The notes beneath the pieces are model-generated. The model did no database searches. It was not told the origin of the DNA and was given only the letters and a program-made list of their open reading frames with translations. A stretch of DNA of 64,000 nt, from contig NW_027590123.1 in the NCBI RefSeq assembly GCF_964213995.1, forward strand, positions 2,356,001 to 2,420,000, written 5' to 3'. Positions 36,755 to 49,185 of the stretch are shown here, in pieces. Every line of letters begins with the position of its first letter. The stretch's first letter is position 1. The translations under genes were made by a program, and so were the position numbers. This DNA is from Mustelus asterias. Lineage: Eukaryota.

Positions 36755-37480
36755 TTTAAGGGATATGGGCATTGTTGGCTAAGTCAGCATTTGTTGTCTA
36801 TACCTAATTGCCCCTAGTGAGCTGGTGGTGAGCAGCCATCTTGAATTGCTGCAGAACCTGTGGTGTGGGTACCCATAGAGTGCAGTTGCAGGTGGAGTTT
36901 TAGGATTTCGATCCATCGACAGTGAAGGAAGGACGATATATTTCCAAGTCAGGTATATGACTGACTTGGAGGGGAATTTATCGGTGATATTCCCTGGTAA
37001 CTGTTACCCCTGTCCTTCCAGCTGGTAACTGTCGTGTGGTTGGAAGGTTGCCTAAGGAGTCTTGGTAAGTTTCGGAGGTGAGACTCGTCGATGGTACATA
37101 ATGCTGCTCTCTGTGGTGGAGGGAGTGAACATTTGCAAATGCTATGCCAGTCAAGCCGGCTGCTTTGTCCTGAATGGTATGAAGACTCTTGAATGTTGTT
37201 TGAGCTGCACTTACTCAAGCCAGTGGAGAGAACCCTTTCACTCTCCTGACTTGTCTTGTGTAGGTGGTGCACAGGTTTGGGGAGTCAGGACGTGGGTTAC
37301 CCACAGCAGGCTGACCCGATATTTCAGCCGGAGCATTTATATAACTATTTAATACAGCGATGAGCCAATGGTAACCGACGACTTTTATAGTGGGTGATTC
37401 AGTATCGTAAGATCATTGAGTGACAAGGGACAATGGGTAGATTCTCCCTTTTTGCAGATGGTAATCGCCTGGCGCCAATA
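36755..37480 (-). mobile_element. L2/Crack-group LINE 3' fragment
   Basis: Homologous to 8710-9330 and to the shared L2-type tail. Confidence 0.65.
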
Positions 37481-37751
37481 GTACCAATAATCTTCAATTC
37501 ACAAAAATTAATTAATATTTCACCAATTATTGTCAGTATTTTACTTGATGCAAAGATAATTGCAGTTTATTTGATATAATTTATTGAGATTCAAATATAT
37601 TGAGATCACATTGGCCTTTCTGTCACCAAAGAATCAAATCTGCCCCAGAATTCAGCGGGAAATTGAATTAGATCACACCAAATAGTAGCAGCTACCCAGT
37701 AGCCTCTGCGCTTTATTGACAAATAATCACCTCATCATCACACCGAAACTC

Positions 37752-37755
<4 letters not shown>

Positions 37756-37820
<65 letters not shown>

Positions 37821-37828
37821 TATATATG
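37756..37828. repeat. (TA)n microsatellite
   Basis: Direct inspection. Confidence 0.95.
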
Positions 37829-40097
37829 TACTCCTGAAACTCCTGGAGTCTGAGACCATTTTTAAAATGACTGTGTAACTGAAAGTATCTGTATCTAATG
37901 TGAATTTATAGAAGCTTAAAATCCCGATTCATTTTTACACAGTTCCGACAAGTAATTTGCAACTTCATGCTGTCCAGTGACTTTCACAATATTTTAGATG
38001 CCACATTGTTTATTTTTTAGCCTATTATTTTCATTAATTTGGGTGATGATTTGTTGAGTGATTTTGTTGCACTAGAAAAGCCACATGTTCCAAATATTAC
38101 AATCCTCCCTCATCAACCCAATCATGTTCTCTCTTTCCATCTTGGATTTAAAGATTCATCATCGGCATGGGGAAAAATCAGACTACTCTTAGTGAGGTCC
38201 AATTCATTTGTTCCCGATATCCCGGGGATGGAATTCACGCAGAAAATCTGGAAGGATTAAAGGTTGTAGACTGACACAGTTCTATTAAAGGACCAGCTTC
38301 GATTTTTGAAATAGTAAAACACAAGTAGGCGAATGTAGAAGAACAAATTTCAGGACCAGCTATCGTCACATCCATCAGTCCATTCACTGATTCCTCAATG
38401 AAAGCATTCAGTGAGCCAACTATCGTTCACCCCTGCATCAACACAAGCAATTCTTTTTTGTGTGTAGATGGTGGCGCAATATTAATGCCAGTGTACCGGT
38501 AATCCGAAGCCCAGGCCAATGAAGTGGCAACACGAGATTAAATCCGACCATGGCAGCTGCTGGAATTTGAAATCAATCAATGAATCTTGATTCATACTGA
38601 CAGCGACCAGATGAGGTTCTCTGATTCCCCAATGAAGGAAATTTGCCATCCCTACTTGGTCTCACCAGGGTGTAACTCAAGATGGACAGCAATATGTGTA
38701 ACTGGGCAATGCCTTCTGAGATGCCCCAGCACTCCACTCAGTTGCAAAGAAATTCGGCAGACTAAACAAATGTTGGTCTTTCCAGAGACCCTCACGTCCC
38801 ATGGAAGAATAAAGTGAAATAAAAAACAAGCATACATGTTTATGTCGTATACAATATATCACCTCTCTGAATCAACTCTCGGAATCTGCCTGTATTTATT
38901 TCTATCCATCGATCACAGTGCCTTGTGTTGGATAAATCATAATCGTTGCTAACGAGGTGCCAGAGAAACTGGATAGCTTTCTTTTCCGAAGAAATGGGAA
39001 ACATTCATGTTGGTTTACAACTTTAAAATAATTAAGTTGCCGCCAGGACTGTTGCTGGGCAGATTTGTTTATAAATAGGCCCCATTGACAATGCTAAGAA
39101 TTTGAAGCTGGCTTGCAGCCAAGCACTCAGTACTGAGGAAACAGATATTTGATTTAATGAACAAACACCCTCAGATGCTTCCTGTAAACGTCTTCGGGTA
39201 TTTGGCAGCAGGTTGGACTGCTGCCAAATACTGCGTGGGACAAATTAGCGTGAATCTGTAAGGATAAAATGGAACTTAGCCGGTTATACAATAAATGTTT
39301 GATTCCCACAAGAAAGACACGTTTTAAGTGGTATTCCTTCTCAGCAAATATTTTTAATGAATGCACTGTTCACTATGTGATTAAACAGGATCGGAAACTA
39401 GTAAATTGGCTAGGTGTTATTTCATTTGTCTACTTCCAAATAAATGTCCTTCCAACAATTAAAGCCGCGTTGTGAGCAACTGCACGAAGTGCAAGAAAGA
39501 GATTTTGATGTCCCCAATCCCTCAGTCCAATGAGATCAGTGTAATGGCCCAAAAATTAAAATAATTAAAAATAGAAGAAAGTCATATAACGGCCTTGAAC
39601 AGCGCGGATTCGTGGAATATTCTGTGTTCTGCCCCTCAGTAAAAAGGCAACGTCTCTTACATCTGATTACTACCATGTTCTGTTGTGCAGCATAATCTAT
39701 TTCGATTATTTACCAGGCCCGTTCATAGCTGACAATGAGTGAAGAAATGACCAGTTCATAACCTGGTTCAGTGGAAGATAAAACATTTATTTTTGTGATA
39801 TTGTGTAATATGCCGCAAAGTCCTGATGTCCTGTACTCCACTACCAGTGAATGTCAGACAGCCGGGGGCAAATAAAATGAGCTGCAATGATTGGGATGCT
39901 GATCACGAACTTTCCTGATCGCTGTGTCCATTCTGATTCATTAAATTCTATGTCAAAAGTCGATTTCAATTTCATGTTTCTCTGTCAACTCAAATAATTA
40001 TAAGAACACCGTTAATTTTCACAGGGTTAAGGAGCTGTTGGGGAAATCTAAGGTGTAACATTGCATCATATGAGGATTTCTTTTTAATTCATTCGTG

Positions 40098-40410
40098 GGA
40101 GGCACGGTGGCATGCTTGTTAGTACTTCTGCCTCAACGCGCCAGGGACCTGCGTTCAATTCCCGGTTTGGGTCTGTGTGGAGTCACTGTCTGTATGGAGT
40201 CCGCACATTCTCCAATTGTTTGCATATCTACTCACACTGTCCAAGAATATGCCGTTTAGGCTGATTGGCGATGATAAAATGTCCCATAGTATCAAGGAAA
40301 TTAGCAGGGAATATACCTGGGGTGATGGGGATAGGGCCTCGGTGGGAATGTTTTCGGTGCGGGCCCGATAGGCCAAATGACCTTCTTCTGCTCTGTAGGG
40401 ATTCTATGGA
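40098..40410 (+). mobile_element. HE1-type SINE, diverged
   Basis: Head, partial core and tail. Confidence 0.7.
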
Positions 40411-41155
40411 AACGGGTGCCGCTGGCTGATCAGACTTTATTGCCTACCTCTTGTCCGAGGGCAGTGAGAGCCAACCACATTGCTGTGGCTCTTGGATCAC
40501 ACGTAGGCCAGACCAGGGTAGGACTGCAGGTTCCCTTCTCTAAAATACATTTGTGAACCAGATAGGTTTTTACACAATCGAAAATGATATCATGATCATA
40601 AGTGAATTTTTATTTCCAGATGTTAATACTGAATTTAAATTCTACCATCTGTCGTGGCGGGATTCGAAGTCGGGTCCTGAGAACATTAGTTGAATTTGTG
40701 TATTAATTGCCTCGCGATAATAACACTAGGCCATTGCTTCCTTTCTTCTTATATCCAGTCCCAAATTACAATGATAGCTATCCACACCTGAAACACAATC
40801 ATCCCAGCATGTAGTTACATAAATGGTTACTAATTCTTCTTATGAATTATATTTTTGCTGCAATGTGTTAGAGACACAAAATTATTGCAAATCAGACTGA
40901 CGTCTTTACCCTGATAAGGTAATGTCATCGTCGTCATGTCTATTCTCTTGTGAAGGGGTGCAGAAAATAAGGGACTTAACTTACAATGTAATTTTTTTTT
41001 TCTATAACAGATGCTCAAATGCAATTTCACCTCTTGGACTAGCAGAGACGTTATAATGGATTTCACTCTTACTGCCTTAGTGTTAGTCTGTCTCTTCAAT
41101 GTTTCAGTGCCAGCAATCAATTCACTGGGAATAATCTTCGGTGTTTTTGATACAT

Positions 41156-41460
41156 TTTATTTGGTTTCATTTGATTTATTATTATCACACATATCAGTAC
41201 ACAGCGAAAATTATTGTTTCTTGTGAACAATGCAGGCAGAGCATACCGTACATAGGGGAGAAAGGGAGAGAGTGAAGAATGTTGTGTTGCCGTCATAGCT
41301 AGGGTGCAGAGAAATATCAATTTAATGCGAGGCAGGTCCATTCAAAAATCTGATTGCAGCAGTAAAGAAGTTGTTTTTGAGTCGGTTTGTACGTGTCCTC
41401 AGACTTTGTATCTCGTCCCCGATGGAAAAAAAGGTGAGAGAGCATGTCCGGGGTGCGTTG
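41156..41460 (-). mobile_element. Rex1/Babar 3' fragment in the VH pseudogene leader intron
   Basis: Homologous to 7863-8170 and 19465-19770. Confidence 0.75.
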
Positions 41461-41496
41461 CGTTTTGTTTTCATAGTTTTAAAAATATTTTTAAAA

Positions 41497-42018
41497 GTAT
41501 CGAATCGGAGATTATGTTGACTCAGCCAGAGGCAGAAACCGGGCGTCCCCGAGGCTCCCTAAGACTGACTTGTAAAGACAAAGCGTTCAATGTTGGCAGC
41601 AACTGGATGGTCTGGGTCCGACAAGTCCCTGGAGTGTGTTTGTAGTGTCTTCAGTGTGATAGTCTTGGATCAACCTACAATTCGTCCGCCCCAGAGATTC
41701 AGCAGCAATTTACTCCACCAAAAGACACTTAAAACAACGTAAAGAGAAAATGGTGGACAATCTCAGCAAGTTTGGTAGCATTTGTAAGGAGAGAGAAGAG
41801 CTGACTTTTCGAGTCCAGATGACCCTTTGTCCAAGCTTTGTCAAAAGGTCATCTGGGCTTGAAACGTCGGCTTTTTTCTCTCCTTACGGATATTACCAAG
41901 TCCGATGAGATTTTTCAGCATTTTCTCTTTTGGTTTGAATTCCAGAATCTGCACTAATTTGCTTTTATACTTCAAACAACATCTTCTCTTTGGAAATAAC
42001 ATGGAAACCGAAGATTCC
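41497..42018 (+). pseudogene. IgM-type VH pseudogene (leaderless, stops, insertion, 3'-truncated)
   Basis: [48 protein letters not shown]...; acceptor AG mutated to AA; after the insert it resumes SNNIFSLEI...TED and stops. No YYC and no RSS. Confidence 0.9.
41739..41968. mobile_element. Palindromic Penelope-like remnant inserted in VH FR3
   Basis: Imperfect inverted arms of about 90 bp centred on AAGCTT at about 41835; TSD ACTTMAAACAAC at 41727-41738 and 41969-41980. Confidence 0.7.
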
Positions 42019-44449
42019 TTTCTTTACTCGGTCTGTCCGACATAGACTCCAGCTCAACTGTGATGAAAATGACTCTTCACCACCACTGAAATTGCTGAGC
42101 AAGCCATCCAGTTGTATCAAAGCTGCTATGGAAAGTCAAACAATAAAACCATCCAGAGGGCAGGTTTCAGCAAGGTGGCTCACAACCTCATTCTCAGCAT
42201 GGACAATTAATATTGGCTTTGTCAGTGATGCTCACATGCAGAGGATCAATAAAAACAGTGCAAAGTGCTGCAGATTCCAGAAATCTAAAACTAAAACAAC
42301 AGACGTGCTACTCAGCATCTCAATGGGCATCAGCAGAGAGAGAACCAGATTCACATTTTAATCGATGCCAGGGTGCAAAATCTCGTGATATAATTATGAA
42401 GATCAAGGTTGTTCTGCCCAATATCCTACCCAAATCCTCATTATTCAATAAAATCGCAACTTCACTGGTCATTTACCACATCTCGGTTTGTTGGAGCAAG
42501 GTGTACGCAAATTACCTGCTGTATTGCCAACCTTACAGCAGTGACTAAATTAAGCAAAGGTACATTGGTGAGCTTTAAGAACTTTGGAAAGACATGAGGT
42601 CGGGTAAAATGTTCTATAAATGCAAGTTCCACAAAATGAAAGTTGTAATTCTTTGGAAGTGCTGAGATTAATGCGAATATAGTCATTCTTCTGCCTGATC
42701 ATAGCAGCATAAAATCTTAGCATCCCTACAGTTCAAAAGGAGACTATTCGGTCCAACAAGTCTGCAGCGGCTCTCCAGCAGGGCACTCTACCTGGGCCCA
42801 ACCTTCACCCTATCCCGACAACGACACAATTCACAGGCTAATCCCCCGAACCTACACATCATTGGACACTAACAGGAAATTTAGCATAGACAATCCTCCT
42901 TGGGCCTGGGAAGGATGCTTTGCTGGATAGCTGGTGCAGACTTGATGAACCGAATGGTCTCCTTCTGCACTGTCGGGATTCTATGATTCCACGCTGCACA
43001 TCATTGGACGCTAAGGGGCAATTTATCATCATTGGACTGTGGAGGAAACTGGAGCACTCGGAGGAAACTCACATGGATATGGGCACACAGTCATCCAATG
43101 TCGGAATCGAACCCGCTTCCCTGTCGCCTGTGAGGCAGCAAAGCTAATTGTATCTCTTAGTGATAACCACACTGGATTTTTTATTCTTCCCTCGTGTGAG
43201 TGTGATCACTATTTGTGACAGGAATACTTCAGACATCAGATCTGTTTTTTTTAATGTAACTTGTCTAGTTTAAACAGATTAAATCCTCAATCGAATTAAC
43301 ATTCAGTGGAATATCTGCCTGTTCACAGATGCTTTATTAATTGTGACATCAGAACTTTCAGAACTAATTCTGAAATGGAATGTATCATTTTATTTTAATT
43401 AAATACAACTGGTGTAATGAATGTCAAAAAGTTTCTATTCATTTTGAACCAACTGTTAATATTCTTAAAATAAACCGCTATTTTGAGTTGAAACTGATCA
43501 ATAAGTGACGGTTTATCTGGTTTTACTGTCATGAACATTTCATTGTAAACAGTGAGCTGTTTATGTAAATAAATACAAAAATAGAAATTCCAAATTAGAT
43601 TGTTGACTGACCAAAACACAACAAATATTTCCCCACGAACCAAGCACAGAAATAGAGACAACCATGTAAATCAATCAACGGATTGCAGTAATTGTTTTTT
43701 TAACATTATTTATTCATCAGTTATGTGAGGAAAAACATCATGATGTTATCTATGTTCAGATTTAGGAAATAATCCCTCTGATCCCGAAATATAATGTCAC
43801 GGCAAATGTGTTCGTGGAAATTTCCTGTGTTTCATCTCTTTCTCTGTCTTCATCCTGTCTGGTTCTGTATCTTTTCTCTCCATCGATGTGGAGTACCGAA
43901 GGATCTTTCCATATGTTTAGCTGGTGCTGTCCCTGTCCTTGGAGTATTTGACTGGACAGTGTCGAGGAATATTTACTCTGCATCTAAACTCACTGTACCT
44001 GCCTTTTGAATATTTGATATGACATTGTCAAGGAAGATTTAATCCGTATCTAATCTCTGCTGCACCTGACCTGGGTGTGTTTTATGGAACTGTGTAGACG
44101 GTCTTTCACCTGTACATAACACTGATTTAAACCTGCTTCCCGAATCTCTGAAGGAAGAGTGCAGAAGAGATTTTACGTAGAAGAGAGTCCATGGTCGTTC
44201 TGCCTTCATGTGGTTTGAGCAGACTTTGTAGAGGGTGTTTCACTCTGTTTCTGGACAGTCTACCTGTTCTAGGAATGTTTGATTTGGATAGTGTAGAGGG
44301 AGGTTCACTTTGTATCTAACTGATGCTATTCCTGCCTTGGGGGTGTTTAATTTCGCAATGCAGAGGGAACTTTGCATTCTGCAGCTCTCCCCATGTTACT
44401 CCTGTCCTCTAAGTTTTTGATCAGACAGCCAGCCGTCTCTACAAATTTC

Positions 44450-44820
44450 AATGGGGATTGAGCCAGTCTCTTTATATTACAGTAAATTTACCCTGTGCCA
44501 GCTTATATTATGAGGCCATGCCTTTGTTTATTTTTCACTAGACCTTAACTCTTTTTATATTGCACGTAGAATTTTATATTGCCTGTCTCTACTCATGTTA
44601 AACTGGATGTTTTATCTGTTTATACTAAATTAGACGCTGTCCCTGTTTATATTATAGGTCACCATGGTTCTGTTTATATTAAGCTGGACGTTGTCTCTGT
44701 TTATATTAATTTAGATCTGTCTCTGTTGGCATCAAACTAGATGCAATCTTATTTCTGCAATTGATCGTGTCCACGTTTATATTGTATTGGACATGGTTTC
44801 AGTTTTTACTGCACTGGTCA
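44450..44820 (+). repeat. 26-27 bp minisatellite array
   Basis: CTGTTTATATT recurs at 26-27 bp spacing; an inverted-orientation array follows at about 45150-46320. Confidence 0.7.
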
Positions 44821-45423
44821 ATGCCAGTAATGATTAAAGTGGTTGGGGGAACACAACTCTCTGCATCCTTCTGCAAGTGCAAACTCTATGAGATTTTGGG
44901 CACTGGAAAAGAAGAAGCGATATCTGAAATCTATTTCTGCTGACTGCATTGAAAATGGATACCAAGCCCTGTGTAGCATGCACTGTCAACAAAGAACAAA
45001 AAACAAAGAAAATTGCAGCATAGGAAAAGGCCCGTCGGCCCTCCAAGACTGCACCAACCAAATACTGTCGATCCAATACTGCCCGTTTCTGGATCCTGCC
45101 TGACAGCAATGTTTTTATCCCAACGTATTATCTCTTCTTCTCGCAGAACAGTGGAATAATACAGACATAATTCAAACAGAGGCATAGTTGAGTGCAGGAA
45201 AAACACTGACACAGTCTCGTGAAATATATACAGAACCAGAGAGTGTCCAGTGCAATATAAACTGAATTCTGGTCCAGCAGAGTATTAACAGAGACAGGCT
45301 GAATTTTAATTTAAACAGGGGCCTGGTTCAACAAAATAGAAATGAGTTTGTGCCGAGTGCTATGTGGGGATGGTCAAATGCCAAATGCTGGTATTTCCAA
45401 TGACACCCACATCCCATGAAAGA

Positions 45424-45426
<3 letters not shown>

Positions 45427-45470
<44 letters not shown>
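45427..45470. repeat. (TA)n microsatellite
   Basis: Direct inspection. Confidence 0.95.
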
Positions 45471-45473
<3 letters not shown>

Positions 45474-46329
45474 CATTCTCTTGGAAAAGAAAACTGAGAC
45501 AGTGCCTAGTGCAGTTTTACTGGATATAGGAGCTTGTGCGATATGAACTGAGACAACGCCGAGTAATTAATGATATTCGACCAAGACTTATATGAACTGA
45601 GACTGAGCTAAGTGCATTTGCAATAATTACTAATACAGGAATGAGACAGGTTTAATTTGCGAGAGTCCAGTGTGTTAATAATAATTACTGATACATTACC
45701 AAGACTGATACAAACTGAGACAGAGCCCTGTTTATTTGTAGTAATTGCTGATACAGGATCGAGATTGATATTCACGGAGATTCGGATGCAGCAATTTGGA
45801 AGTATTGCAAAATACAATAACACTGAGACATGACATTGTCTTTAATAACCAAATACATGCAGCATTAACTTAAACAGGACCTAGATTATTACAATCTAAG
45901 GAACTATTAGCAAAACAGGTGTGACAGAACCTGTGTAATGCATGAATGTAGTTTTTCCAGTTTAGTATACAGCGGTAAATGTTCTGAGGCAGTAAGAATT
46001 AAGACATGGCATCTTGTTTGATTAGCAGAGACATGGCTAAGTGCAGCAATAACTTAGAAACTATAATCATGTTCTATAGTGTAGATTAGAGGGGCTTTAG
46101 ATTGGTACCAGTGGTCGGCGCAACATCGAGAGCCGAAGGGCCTGTACTGCGCTGTAATGTACTATGTTCTATGATATTAACAGGTCCTTTGCCTCGTATA
46201 TGAACACCTGATAATGAGCCGAGTGCAGGAAAAAAAAATTGAGATCGGACCTCCTGGAATGTGATCCAGTCAGAGCCGAGTGTAATACAGACAGATTCAG
46301 AGGCAAGTTGAATATAAGCAGAGAAGGGG

Positions 46330-47280
46330 TTTGTTTAAAATTATTTCATGGGATTTTGGCATCATTGGTAAAGTCGACTTTTGTTGCCAAACCCTAATTT
46401 GCTTTGAGAATGTTGTGGCAAACTTTGGGGAGTTGGTGGGTGGGGTGTTCTTTTTTCCAGAATATTCAATCATCTGTGTCGGCACAGGCTGTGTGGACAG
46501 AAGGGTCTGTTCCAGTGTTGTACTGTTCTTTGTTCTTTGTTCATACTCCTGACTTTTGCCTTGTAGATAATGGTTGGGGTTTGGAAATTCAGGAGGTGCG
46601 TTGTTCTTGGCCGAACTCCTAGCATCTGACCTGCTCTTGTCGCTACATGATTTAAATGGTTGTTTCACTTCAGGTTTTCACGAATTATAATTCCCAGGAA
46701 TTTGATAGTGGGCGAATTCAGCGATAGTAATGCTACTTAATGTCAAGGGGAGATGGTTGAAGTCCCCTTTATTGGAGAGGGTCATTGTCTGCCATTTGGG
46801 TGGCATTAATGTTACTTGCCACTCATTAGCCCGAGACTGAATATTTTCCAAGTCTTGCTGCATGCGGACACAGACTTTGTCAGTATCTGTGGAGTCGCGA
46901 CTGGTGTAGAAATGTGTGCAATCATCAGTGAACATCCCACTTCTGAACTTTGATGAAGGCTGCAGCTTGCGGCTCAGTCAGAAACCGAAAGAATCCTTGC
47001 AGCAATGGCCTGTGACTAAGATGATTCGCCATCACCAACAACAACCATCTTCCTTTGTGCTCAGTATGACTCTAGCCAGTGGACTGTTTTCCCTCTGATT
47101 CCCATTAACTGCAGTTTCGCTCGGGCTCCTTGATGCTACAAAAGGTACAATGCTGCATCGATGTCAAGCGCAGGCACTCCCTCTTCACCTCTTCAATTTA
47201 AATTTTCTATCTCTATTTGGACTCATTTTAAATCATATCTGGAATCGTGTGCTCCTGGTGGGACACAATTTGAGCATCTT
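46330..47280 (-). mobile_element. L2/Crack-group LINE fragment
   Basis: ORF 46678-46935 MFTDDCT...QQDLENIQSRANEWQVT. Confidence 0.75.
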
Positions 47281-47884
47281 AGTGTGTGTGTGTTGTGTGA
47301 AATACATCATCTTTTACACAAATTAATTGCACAATGATCGCTTGCATCCTTCAATTTTCAGTACATGATGGACACACAATAAACACATCCAATTCAAATT
47401 GGCTTCCTTTGCACATGTCACCTTTTCTGATGATTGAGGAGGTCAAGTTTTGAGAGGTTCGTTCTGCCACAAGTGCTGCCCATTAAGCTATCATTTGTCA
47501 TTGTGTGTTATCGTTTTTGTATCATGAATGGATCTCAGGAGCTTTGGTGGAGAGCCAGTTCTCCCCAAAATCCTGCAGACCTTGCTCAGCTGATGATGTT
47601 GAATATCTTAGCGAGGTTGATGGAATTAAGTTAAAAAATATGGACACAAATGGCACATGGAGCAGTTGTTGACTGGAGTAAATCTTCCACAGCAATCACT
47701 GCACTGCACATCAGGTACACCCATTCTGCAAGCAGATGATGTATTTCAAGTGTGACCCTAGCAAAGATCTTTCCTTTGCTGCTATGATTGAGATATGTCT
47801 GTTGTTTTGCAGTCTCTTCTGACGGTTTCGTTTTCAAATAGTGCGATGTACGTGAATCATGCATCTCTTGTGAAATCCCGGGTT

Positions 47885-48185
47885 CACCGTGGCACAGTGG
47901 TTAGATCTGTTGCCTCACAGCGCCAGGGCCTCCCGTTTGGTTCCCGGCTTGGCTCAGTGTCTGTGCGGAGTCTGCACATTCTCCCCGTGTATGCTTGGAT
48001 TTCCTCCGGGTGCTCCGGTTTCCTCCCACAGTCCGAAAAGACGTGATGGTTAGGTGCATTGGCCAAGCTAAATTCTCCCTCAATGTAGCCGAACAGGCGC
48101 CGGAGTGTGGCAACTGGGGGATTTTCACAATCACTTCATTACACTGTCAATGTAAGCCTACTTGTGACATTAATAAATAAACTAA
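47885..48185 (+). mobile_element. HE1-related SINE variant
   Basis: Head, core and alternative tail; specific to duplication copy 2. Confidence 0.85.
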
Positions 48186-48644
48186 AAACGTTAAATCATC
48201 CACGAGATAAGGAGAATGTCATAAATGTTCAGAAAGATAGTAATTAGTTTCACCAATGACAATTCATTCGCAATTTAATAATTTCTTTCACCAGTTCTCA
48301 TTCATTCATAAAGATTAGTATCTTTAGAATTACTTTATGGAAAGTGGGCGACACTGCCTAGGCCACCATTTATTCCCCATTGCTAATTGCATTCGGGAAG
48401 CTGGTGGTGAACCGTCTTCTTGAACCGCTGCACAATCTGCAGCGTAGGTACATCCACAGTGCTGTTAGGGACGGTGTTCCTGGATTCTGACCCAGCGACA
48501 GTAAAGGAACGGTAATATATGTCCAAGTCAGGTTTATGAGTGTCTTGGAGGGAAATTTCCAGTCGGGGTTGTTCCAATTCAACATATATCATCAATTCAT
48601 ACAGATAAACAATTATTTCACCAATTATATTCAACATTTTGAGA

Positions 48645-49185
48645 AAAGCAAAATACTGCGCATTCTGGAAACTGAAATAAAAACAATAAATGTTGTAAAA
48701 TCTCAACAGGTCTGATAGCATCTGTGGAGAAATAATAGAGCCAACGTTTCGATCCAGGATGACCCTTTTTAATTTGGAGGAAATTGAAGATGGTGATGAA
48801 ATTGGAAATGATGAGGCTGGATAGGGATTAGGAAGTTTTGTTTTTTTAGGATATAGTTAGTGATTGAGACGTTGATTAGGTTAGTTAGGATGGAAAATTT
48901 GATTCTGATATTTGGGATCGGTATATGAATTGATACAACTTGTGTGTAGCTCGAAGTAGTGTACATAATTAAATAGTGTATATTTGATCTATTCCCATCT
49001 CACAGGAAAGTTATGCAGTTTCTCTGACACCTTGTAGGAAACAATGATAATCTCTCCAAGGGATCAGGAATTCTCTGCGGACGCGATATCCAGACTCGAA
49101 ACGTTGGTTCTATTCTGTCTCCACTGATACTGTCAGACCTGCTGAGATTTTCCAGCATTTTCTGTTTGTTTTCAGTATTTCGTTC
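48645..49185. mobile_element. Penelope-like remnant with inverted termini
   Basis: Left arm about 48645-48770 and right arm about 49085-49185 are reverse-complementary (AACGTTTCGATCCAGGATGACCC versus CCAGACTCGAAACGTTGG). Confidence 0.6.

Larger units (their letters stand above)
29740..42018 (+). repeat. Tandem segmental duplication, copy 1 (ends in the VH pseudogene)
   Basis: Colinear homology blocks: 29740-30350/42020-42640, 30800-31440/43250-43880, 32240-32420/44810-45080, 36040-36750/47280-48330, 37600-40030/49230-51600, 40760-41050/51720-52220. Confidence 0.85.

Noticed and set aside
38900-40030. Conserved unique block (paralog 50500-51600) as a coding exon
   Set aside because: No shared open frame or recognisable motif; the similarity is explained by the segmental duplication.
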